Part shown: positions 46,617-57,167 of the stretch, piece after piece
How the letters are laid out: each line of letters starts with the position of its first letter
Numbering within the stretch: position 1 is the first letter of the stretch
Notes under the pieces: generated by a model
The model's database searches: none
What the model saw: only the letters and a program-made list of their open reading frames with translations
What the model was told of the DNA's origin: nothing
Program-made: the position numbers and the translations under genes
Assembly (NCBI GenBank): GCA_051942205.1
Contig: JAVECO010000107.1
Coordinates: forward strand, 1 to 64,000
Length of the DNA: 64,000 nucleotides
Direction: 5' to 3'
From: Coniocarpon cinnabarinum
Taxonomy: Eukaryota

Positions 46617-48106
46617 TTGATATAGTGTTCTTTGCCTGTAAACTGCTTCAATGATTACAAAATGTTATGCGGGAACTGTATAGAGAAAACAAAGTCTTTT
46701 AGAACATGCGGGGCTCGAATATGTATTGTGAAGCTCATCCGAAGACGTATACGACTCAACGTCGCGGCGCAATTGATACATGCGAGTTGTCTAGAAGCGC
46801 AAAGCCGATCGAGATGACATAACGGTCAAATGGCCGATGCACTGCACGGACTATCATGGCATCCAGCTAGACTAGATGCAAGTATTCTCCTCAGTCTGAA
46901 GCACACGTATCTTCGAGATGCTGTACACGTGTCTCTCAAATATACCAACACACGGGTCGCGTTATAGGAGAATTCGAGAATAGGCTGCCGCCTGCCACTT
47001 TCAAGGACACCAGTGCGGGAATGCGCGTCCGGTGGATAATGCAGTTGAGGGATGTTACGACGACAACATGAAGTTTCAAGTCCACGAGCCCGCTGGCAAA
47101 GAAGGGCCAAAAATAGGTGGCTCGAATGACAACTTTTGGGCTAAAAGTTAGCGAATCTGGCTTTTCCCCAAGCATATGCTATTACAGCAATTTGCATGGT
47201 CTTCTTAACTTCACTCGTGACCACCGGTCTTTCGGCTTTTTCTATTCACAACTTTTAAGCAGACGACCGGAAGAGTAAGAGCAGGGCTCTAGTATGGGAC
47301 TCGTTCAAATGGACCAACATGTTGGATCCAAGGAAGTGGACCGTGATCTTGTATGACGCACGCTTATGGAGCGGATAGCAAGTGAAAAGATGGCAAGGGA
47401 GAAGTCCATCTGGAACAAATCCTGGCCAGCTTGCAAGAAACTGCTCAAGGTTTCGCAAGATTTGCAAGATGCGACTAGCTGCATCGCATTTTCGACCATG
47501 CTGGGTAGCAGTTCTGAAACGCCTCCTGGAAAGCGGGATGTGCAACTAGTGCCTACCGCTAACCGTCTCAACTCGTTTGTGCCACTGGCTTGACAACGTG
47601 GCGAAGTCAGACTAATCGCTGCTAAGCACGGCGCGATACCTGTTAGCCTGGCGATGACTGGAGTGTTGGAGCGTGGAGGGTTGGTGGCAGATTGGGGCAG
47701 ACGTGAGCCATTCAAATGCGTCGATCAAGGTGGGGTCGCAAGAATCATGGCGTATACATACACAAATCCGCTCCACAGTCAAATTTTCAAGTTGAGTAGA
47801 AGCGAACTTAGTATTCAGTCCAAAATCGACTTCTCAGAGGTATTAGTGACTATTGCCGATCTCAACATGCATATCGACGGGACTGACTGATATGCTCGCT
47901 TCTCTCGAGGCTGAAGGGAAGAGCATTGAATTTGAAGCATGCTCTTATTCCAGGGTTCGGGAAGCTCAAAGGTTACAAGCAAAGAAGACTGCTGGGCATT
48001 AGAATCCTCCAAGAACTTGACGCGCTGGTACAGTACACAGAACTCCGCCATAAGTATCAGCTAGACCTACGTGCTGCTTGTCTGATGTGTGCTTACTACC
48101 TGGCAT

Positions 48107-49009
48107 CTATCGATCACCTTCGTCGCTCGAAGGCTCGTTCGAAGACTCTCTTTGCCTGCTGGCTTGTCCGCTGGCTTGCTCAGCATTCTGTCGACTTCCA
48201 ATACTATGGAATGATTCCAGTAAACGGTAATATTCTCCTCGATGACTAGGTACATATCAGCATATAGAAACTGTAAACTAAAAAGTCACACCTACTGTCG
48301 ATGCTGAGTAATATGGTCTTGCATGTTTTCAGGAACTACTTGACCTGATAGGGCTTCTCTATGAAGGCCGTTCGTCTCACTGTCGCGGTGAAGTATTTGG
48401 GCCCATAATTGAGTCAACCGGTTGTGGTTTTGTTGATGTTGGCGTTGGTATTGTCGCCACTGCTCCAATTTCTGCTGTTGCTGCTGTTGCTGTTGCGTCT
48501 GCTGCAGCTCCGCCGCTTCCTATTGCTTTCAAGACAGTTGCGAGCTGTAACTGGAGGCACATGAATGTATGCGACAAGAAAATCGCGGGGAATGTGGTTA
48601 TATTGTAGATGACGTACTTTCCTAGCATAATGTTCCTGGGTTGACATGTGATGTGCCATCAGAGTATGATGCATATCTTTTTCGCAAAAAAATGCAGCGC
48701 ACGTACTCGGCCTGCGGGTTCTGCGTTACGCAACGTTATATTCAGCCTGGCCGTGGTCTTCATTGTACGCAGAAGTATGTCAAAGACCAGTTGATAGCAA
48801 TCAGATTGGAACAGGGCATATTCTGAACTGATCGGAATGACATACCCCATGTTGAACCTACGGCAAAAAAGGACTTAGCTTGGTACTCTTGGGCATGGGC
48901 GCCGTTGCAGCGTCAGACAACTCACCGTCATGTTGTTCTGGTGCTCCGGAGAACGCTCGTGTCGCACCCATGATCTGACGTCCTTCGCGCAAAGTGTGCA
49001 GTAGGGCAT
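48107..49009 (-). CDS. ZnF-polyQ-His-rich family, copy 3 (two zinc fingers; 1-nt frameshift in a homopolymer, possible pseudogene or assembly error)
   Basis: Exons 49009-48926 (MPYCTLCAKDVRSWVRHERSPEHQNNMT), 48857-48846 (VQHG), 48711-48618 (AEYVRCIF^CEKDMHHTLMAHHMSTQEHYARK), 48519-48296 (Q-rich...HNRLTQLWAQILHRDSETNGLHREALSGQV...QHRH) and 48245-48107 (HRGEYYRLL...PSSDEGDR*). Confidence 0.72.
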
Positions 49010-49518
49010 ATTGATCGTGTGGTGACTCGTAACACTACTAGGAAAAAAAGTGGACTTGGAAAAGGCGGGAGAGCTCTAAAGTCAAGTGTCTTGCTGTCTT
49101 AGTGGCTCTGGGAACTCAAAGTCTCCACGCGAAGTGCAGGAAATCAAGTACGACTCAAGATGCTTGAATGCGTATACTTGTACGAGCACATTCGAGAAGG
49201 ACTCTGTGATTCATGTTCATAGGATCTTTGATACGTGTACTTTTGCAAATTGTCGTCCACAGAGTCTAGTCGGATGGCATTGCGGGTCAAGGTGACCGTT
49301 TCAGCGGGCGGAAGGATGATTCGTCATGGGAAGGCTCATGCTTAGGAATCAACATGTCCGCGGCCTTTGTGCCGATCATGGAGACGAGCACTTTGTATAC
49401 ATGTGCAAATGCGTGACCCGACGAAAGACCGTGAAGAGATTCACTTACATTTGCAGCGTTTGATGCGTGTCGTCTTATCTGTATATATGAAATCGAATGG
49501 TCAACCAGCTGCGTTTAC

Positions 49519-49742
49519 TCTCGGTGCTGGTGTATGGCTGCTTGCAGCGCCATTCAAGTTGCTTGGCTTGCGATTGCTTCGTGGTGGAAGTGGTACGTTG
49601 CTCTACCGTGGAGCGTCAGGCAATGCCGCAACATCTGTAGATAGTTGAGCCTTTCTTCATATTGCTGGAATGCTCATTGCCAGTGCTGTGCCGGTAGCTT
49701 CTGTTACTCCCGTTGCCGCCGCAGTTGCGGCCTTTGCTGCTC
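49519..49742 (-). pseudogene. ZnF-polyQ-His-rich family, copy 4 (degenerate core exon)
   Basis: EQQRPQLRRQRE*QKLPAQHWQ*AFQQYEERLNYLQMLRHCLTLHGRATYHFHHEAIASQAT*MALQAAIHQHRE aligns by eye with copies 1 and 3 and ends at the equivalent phase-2 GT donor (49518). Stops at 49704-06, 49674-76 and 49554-56. Confidence 0.65.
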
Positions 49743-50609
49743 TCAGGGATAGCTCAAAGGTAGAAGAAGCCCTGTCGTCGTAACGGAGGCAAGGACGGCA
49801 AAGGCCACGGATAAAAGTCCTCCTACAATTCAAGAAACAGGGATGACAAAGCGATAATGTGACGGCGAAGAGCTCTTGCAGCTAACATAGCACTGGACTG
49901 CGATGCACCAAGGCTTTCGTTCAACTTGCTTCAAATGCTAGGGGAAGGACATAGCGAAAGGAACAAGATATCCAATACGACTTGCGTGACTTGGAAAGAT
50001 TGGCGCTTTCAGCAAGTCGCTTTGCTCTCGCTCTCACATGTTTCGTCAAGCACCGCTCTGCCGTGATAGACTAGACAAACACAGCTCACTCGTGTCGAAC
50101 GGGCGATGAGGGAGGTTCATCTAGACAGTTTGAGAGATACAAACGCTCGGGGGTAATACACACGTGGTTGATTAAGTCCGTTACCGACGGAAGAGGAAGG
50201 AGAGTATGCTAGCACCGCCATGTACGAGTGTGGCTGCATCTCGGCTTCCCTGAAACGCCATCACTTGCGTCCGTCTCTCACCTTACTTCGTCATACAATT
50301 CTCTGCTCTGCACGTCGCATCTGGTTATCAACCACCGTTTGCTTCCAGAGTCTAGTTTGATAAGCGGCCTCGCGGCAAAGGTCCGCCGTTTGTCCCTCGA
50401 CGCACTTGCCTAGACCCTCCTCTTCGGTCTCAATGTCGACAACGATCCGGCGGCGCTGATTCGGCTCTCCTTGGCCCATCTTGTCTGTTCCGATTTCCCT
50501 ACAATCGCCGGCTGATCGCTTGCTCCCTTCTCTCCACCTTCTCCTTCCCTATTACCTATATTGTTTGATCAATGTTTCGTTTTCAAGCCGAGTTCGGCGC
50601 TTAAACAAC

Positions 50610-53298
50610 ATGCCGCCGGCGAATTCACCTATTGAGATTGACCATAGTTTAGCAGTGGGTCCCCCGGCGACTGGCAAAAGTCAATGCATTACAATAGGCT
50701 AATGTACAGTCGCTGCAGCCATCCAATCTACTCGACTTAGCGGTTACTCGTTCTCCATCTCCCGGCAGCTTCGTCTCCTCGCTTTCCAACCTTAACTCCG
50801 CCGTGCCAGATTTGGCCTCCACTCTGACAGTCCGTTCATCGGTCGAATCCTCAAACGACGCTGAAGCGGACAATTTGGCTCTCTTCAGGCATTCAGCCGC
50901 CATGACGGAGTCACAACAGGATGCTCGCGTTCCGCTGCGTGCGTCGTCCAATCACGACCTGCCGCATGCTGATCGCCGCCGGAGAGACGCGCTCCGGCCA
51001 AGAGAACGCTCGCTGAGTGACGAGGCAAGGGAGCAGCGCCGCTTACGAGATCGACATCTTCGACAGAACTTCGACAGTCACGAGGCATGGGCCGAAAGCA
51101 TGCAAAGTCGGCTAGGTGCTGCTCCGCCGAGAACAGTCCGGCTGTCTGACCAGGCACAACAGTACCCTCACGTAGACAGAACAACGGTCGGACAATCCCT
51201 TTATGATTGGTCGCCTGCCGATGAAGAGGGTGACGAAGAAGAGCTGGAGGAAATTCTTGGTGAGCTTCGAGATCAACAACCCAACACACATTCGGATATC
51301 CTTCGCGTCCTGGGACGTGCACAACTGGAAGCAAGACAAGCGCAGATGGAAATCGAGCGCAATCGACGCTCGATGGGTCCGCCAGGTCCTCGCCCAGAGT
51401 ATGACTCCAACCAGTCGTCTCATCAAAACTCGTTGCGAACAGCGGCCATCCTTTCGAGCGTGCGTCGGAACCGTCAGCTGTCCGCACGGAGTCGGGATCT
51501 CATGCAACGTTATGTGATGGATCGAGAGCGTGGGGAGCAGACTCAAGGAGACGCATCCCGTGATCAGCGTCATCCTTCGACAACGGCGAGTCGAATGGGT
51601 TCATATGGACACGAGCAGCATACAAATCGTTACGAAGTGAATCGACAAGCGTGGCAGGCCAGTCAACGTCCAACCAGCAGTACACCCCATTTCGGCTCCG
51701 GACCTACTTCGTCCAGTGAAACGCTCTCGCCACACACGACTCAAAACGTTCCTCACATACCACGTTCGGCTGAAACCTTGGAAACTTTACGACGGCGGTA
51801 TCTCGAAGACCCCGTGGCACGGGAGAATCAAGCTGTGGCTCGCTTTGAATCAGCGATTCGCACTCTCGACGCGCTTCGTGACTCAGAAATCGACGGTGGC
51901 GATTTCGAGGAGCTCGCCAATCAGCACGCCTTGAAGCAGTCAGAGATTTCTGGGCGTCGCGAGCATGTGGATGTTAAAAACTTGCGCAGAATCAAAGTCG
52001 CGACCACGAAACCGTCTTTCAGCAGCTTCTTACGAAAGGGTGTCAGCTTCAGCGGGTTTCAACAGGCAGCGCCCCAAGTCGTTCACACCGTCCCGCAACC
52101 GCCATCAGCAGCAATGGCAAACACAGCGCAGGGCACTCTATTACGCAGTTCCGATGCCGGTGGAAGAACGATGTTGTATCGGATATCGAACAGTGACGGG
52201 CAGGCAATCAACGCACCGAATGACTCTGCAGCGACCGCAGCAGCCCGTGCAGTCTGGAATGGTGGGCGTGACGGCTCGAGTCAACGGGCTTGGCGTGAAT
52301 CGTCACGAGAAATGGGCAGCAACCAGGGCGAAGGCCTGCGTAGACGCGACAGCGCACATCGCCTTTCAAATAATCCCCCTGTACAAGACCGCTGGGCTGT
52401 TCGCGTGCATTTGCACAACGTTGACTACGAGTCCATGTCCCTCCAAGGGACTATGGAAGCGTTCAACATGCCATCCGGCAGTCCAACGCAATTACAATAT
52501 CCAACGTCTTCATTGCGCTCAACACAGCGTTCATCGAGAGCCGGCAACGGGACAGATGGAGCAACAACCACTGCACGTGAGAGCAGTCAGCCCGATAGCA
52601 ATATCGCTAATCATCCAGAAGACCCTACATCCAAGACCACGACTTTCTCGACATACCTCGAGGGCGAGCTCATCGATTTGGACCAGCACACTCTGCGCAC
52701 CACAACGACAAACGTCTCCGCGAACGCAACAGACGACGCGAAGTACTGGCGCCGCCTCGCGCCGTTCTGTTCCGTGCGCCCGCTGAAAAGATGCAACAGC
52801 GCAGACTCGGGTTATGATACCAGTCAAGAAGATGATAAAGAAAAACACTCCAATCGTAAGGGCGGCAACGATGCGCTCCTTGCTGCTGTGGCGCTGAATC
52901 CGGAGTGGCTCCAGCGTGAGTGGCAGGAGAAGTACATCCTCATGCGCTGGAAGGAACTGTGCTTCGTCCCGCCCACGTCTCTCCGTCTTTCATCCGCGCG
53001 TTCCTCGTCCACGCCGGCGCCCGCCTCATCTCATGGTACACAAGCTCCACGTTCCGCTGATGATGGCCTGCGGCGGAATCCATCCGGTGAGCTGGAACAT
53101 CGTGACCCTGATGGGACGGCAGCCAGTACACCGAGTTTCGGACTCAGTATCAAGGGGTTTTACTACGTCAGTTTGCGACGCGCGGACGGATGCATTGAGG
53201 GACTGTACTTTGATCCGATGAGTAGTCCGTACCAGCGGTTGGAGATGAGCGTGGAGAGGGGATCCAACGGCGGTGCGCCTGCTGTGGAGTGGGCCTGA
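50610..53298 (+). CDS. GID4: GID/CTLH complex substrate receptor, Vid24/Gid4 family
   Basis: C-terminal Vid24 domain: DRWAVRVHLHNVDY..MSLQGTMEAFN, TYLEGELID, YWRRLAPF, YILMRWKE.CFV, SIKGFYYVSLRR.DG.IEGLYFDP.SSPYQ. Probable first exon 50610-50654 with an intron to ~50718. Confidence 0.85.
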
Positions 53299-54164
53299 GT
53301 TCGGAAGACGTTTGGTGCGAGTTATACAGGCGGTGTCACTGCGCTGGGGATGTAGCGCTTGTGAGGTTGAGGTTTGAGAACTTGTGGACGAGGTTGTACG
53401 TTGGACTGATTTCAAAAGTTGAAGTTTGCGTCTCCACGAGATACGCGGCCTGACCTAAAATCATGGTTCCTCTTTGATGTCTCGTGCGATTCTTCGAGTG
53501 CACGCATCTGTTTTCTATTTCTCTTCTCGAGCTCGCTGTTGATCCATTGTTTCGTAAGAGCGCCGTCCACGTTCGCTTGTTGCCGGCTATCAATGGGCAA
53601 GATGATTACGAACGAGCGATTGCGAGTAGACATTTGATGCTCACATTTCAGTCTAGGTAGCGATCCTGTATAGAGATCACAAAGCCGCGCGTGCAATGGC
53701 GAGAAGCTGCTTGATAGTGCGACCAGGTCAGGTTGCATGAATCATAGCGCAGAGCAGAAGGCTCCTGTCCTATCCCTGGGAAATCTGCAGATTCCAAGAC
53801 ACGAATGCAATATTGACGCTGTTTATCACACCAGGGTCGAGTCAGCTAGTTACACTTAAAGTTGAGGAGCACAAGCACACCTGGTATTCACTCGAGAAAA
53901 AAAAAGCGGCACGAAACGATCCCCAAGATTCTTCAGAAAGTCTTCAAGATTGATGGAAATAATGTAATACTTGCGCTGCAGCATTTGCGCCATGATTTCC
54001 TGTAGGTACGTATCATACCTCGGAGAAGCTGCACGGTACTCTCCCACGTCGCCATCCATCCGGTGCTCGCAGCCCTTTAACTAAAATACAATGCAGTGGT
54101 ATTCAAATCTACAGAGAGCCAGACGCCGGGGCGCTTCATCATCGTCATTCGTGAGGAGGGTCAT

Positions 54165-57100
54165 TCAGTGCATGCGATTGCCCCAGGTGCCACCGAACAA
54201 GTCCGAAAAGTCGACGCCGGGGAACTCCAAGTCCGCGCTTTCCGCAAGGAGGTCCTGTCCCTGCTGGCCGAGGCCGTCCGTGGTGGTGAAGTAGCCGGGT
54301 CGCCGCGGATGGTTATACTCGTGGTGGGAGATGTCGCTGGGCTCGGCGTGCATGCCCATCATGTTGGCTTCCATGTATTGATCGGAGCCGAAATTTGGCG
54401 CCATCTCCGAGGGCGGCCTGAGCGACGCGTCGGGCGCCGAATTGTTCAGCATGCCGTTTTGGTCCAGCGAGAGGATGGGTTGGTTGGGATAGGCGAAGGG
54501 ATCTGAGGAAGGGAAGAGCACTTGTGAGACGTGGGACGAGTTGTTGAGTTGCGACGGGCCTGAAGACGGCAGCGTGTAAGGCATTGGCTGGAACGAGTTT
54601 TGATGGTAGCCATCCAACGCGGGCTGTTGCGGGGCAGTGGGATCTCGCAGTGCGTTGGCGTCCATCCACGGTGCTCCATTCGGCCTTCCGGTGGGAACAC
54701 CGTCCACTGGTGGTCTCGGTGCAAGTGACGGCTGAGCATTCACTCCTGAGGCTACGGGCGGGTACGTTACAGGTTTGTTCGGAGGTGCTGAATTCGGTTG
54801 CGAGCGTTTTGAGGAAGGGGGAACCATATCCGGCATTGTTCTGCTGTCTTGTAGCTTGGCGCTAACTTGGTTAAATAATATCTACCAAATCGTCAGAAGT
54901 GCAACGGATTGGCTGTTGAGCGCTCACTCACAGTCAGAGAATTCGTGCAACGATCAGCAGCCATGCTGCGCTTGGCCAGAATAGCCAAAGTCTGCCTGCC
55001 GACTGTTGCATCGCTTGTAATCTCCTTGCTCACTGCCCCTGTTTCTAGAGCGTAGAAAACAAGCGACAAGACAGCGAAAAATGCGGTGTACATTGTGAAC
55101 CAGTATGAGCCAACGAGCAGCCCATTTTGATTCATGCTGGCTGTGATATGGATGATGTTTCGCGACACGTGCACGCAAGCCATAGCGCAAGTTGTAGAAT
55201 TGTGTTCGGGCTCGCCGGGATAGGCGCGAGCAGATACGTAGTGTAGAAAAGGCCGATAAAGCAGTAGCTGCACATGAGCGAAAGCCATTCGAAGTAGATT
55301 CCGTACTCTACATGTGTGTTAGCGCACTGAAGCCGTCTAACGAGAGACAGTAATATCACCTCAGTAGTTTTGGCGGCGCATCGTTACTTCCTGGCTTAAA
55401 TACCGGATGTAGTTGGTCCTCCCAATTTTGCAAGTCTCGCTCAATCTCTTTTATGGCTGAGAGTGGCACTTTGTACACAGAGCGCCCGCCAGAATGTGGA
55501 CCTTTGATCGGATAGACGTGTTTCGTCAGTTTCTGAATGATCTTGGTGAGTGTGAAGTCCTGATTGGATGCAGCTATCAGGGGGATGTGGCCAGCGGCTT
55601 GGGGCTTGATGCCATGAGGCGTGATGTTTTCATCGTCCACTTCGGCGGGAAAATCTTGATCGATGTCATGGTCGCTCAGAGTCAACGGGAGTCCTAATAA
55701 GGCTCCAACGAAGATATCCATCTTGCGAATGATCCAGAAACAACGCTTTCGCGTTTCAGACTCCACAGGATTGAAGCCTTCGTGGAAAGAGCGGTGCATG
55801 CCCATCCGGATCGCGGAGCGCAAGGCCACGCCAATGAAGGCGTAACACGTGCTGAGCTTGGCGGAACACTGCAAGAAGAGAATCATGAAAATGATGGCTT
55901 GAAGAGACACCAGATCCCGACAATCAGTCACATCGATCAATTCGCGAGCAGCCCAGAAGTACTTGTATCTACGCCAAAATTAGCGACGATAGCTGCCAGA
56001 GAGGGGTGCACAAACCCTTCTTCAGTGGCACTCGTGTAGCCTTTTCGCTCTAACTCACTGCTCTCATCTTTGGCAAAGAGACAACCAAGAGCAATGACGA
56101 CGTAGAGCAGTGGCAAGAAGCGATGATCTCGCGTCGTATAATGCTCGGGTTGCAAGCCGTATATTCGATCAACTGCAGCATAAAAAGATGGTTGATGAAC
56201 ACACGGAAGGATAGCACAAGCGTCGTCGAGGGCAAAACGTATCAACGTAAGAGCCTTTTCTTTGGTAGGCAGGTCCTCGAAGGAGCTGTCATTCTCTGAA
56301 AACGAATCGGACCTCGATTGACCCGGTAAAACCATCATTGCTGAGGACATTCCACTGTTCTCAGGTCGTGGATCCATCGCGGTGGGCGACGGATCGTTCT
56401 GGGTGCGGGGTCTGCTGATCTCACCAAACTCCTCGCTCATTCGTCGGAGGAAATTGAAGCCTGAAGATGCGCCGAAATAGTCATACTCGCCGCGCTCGTT
56501 CTGATTCAAGGCACCTTTTGAGGTCACCATAGAATCCAGCCCCAGCTCTGGCGGGTCAGTGTTGACTTTGGTGGTTGCCCCAGGGTCTAATGCGTTGAAA
56601 CGAGCGGAAAGGCTTGAGATGTCAGACAAGTGAGATTCGTTCTGCTGCTGTAGAAGTATGTCAAAGCGATGATCGTCGGCCGACACGCCCGGGAAGCAAA
56701 GATGCATGATCGACTCCGCACGACGAAGCTTCTTCTCCATCGCCTCCAGAAACAATGGCGCAGGATTCCTGCGCCTGTTGGACGGCTGATCATAAGAGCA
56801 ATCTATCGTCTTGTAAGCATGGTAAGAAGACACAAAACTGTAGGAGATCATTGGCATGGATACCGTAGCTGTAGACTGTGCAGTGCGTGCAAGGCTGTTT
56901 ACCGTCGCACCGAATTTTCTGACAAACGTGTAGATTAGCATAGGCATGTCTGCAATCACACGCAGGCGCACAGGAGTTTCACACCTTTCTGCGACATTCA
57001 TCGCAGGCCCGGGTCACCCTGCGTCTTTTGTGCATCGAGGTAGACGCAGAGTCATTCTCGCCCTGTGAGCTGATATCAGGCTTTTCGTCAGACGGGGAGA

Positions 57101-57167
57101 GGTTTCCCCGTGGTTCTGCATCCGCATCCGAGTTTTGGATGTCTTCGCTGTCCCGTTTCAAGGCCAT
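54165..57167 (-). CDS. Zn(II)2Cys6 transcription factor (Asg1/Gal4-like) with fungal TF middle domain, multi-exon
   Basis: KRRRVTRACDECRRK|KIRCDGKQPCTHCTVYSY|DCSYDQPSNRRRNPAP, DYFGASSG, ALRSAIRMGMHR...ETRKRCFW and HVQLLLYRPFLHY. The pieces correspond to ORFs 56979-57197, 55937-57001, 55356-55940, 54893-55288 and 54165-54836. Confidence 0.9.

Noticed and set aside
43000..50200. Transposon origin of the array island
   Set aside because: No transposase, RT or integrase motifs, TIRs, LTRs or TSDs were seen. The retained introns and flanks favour tandem duplication.
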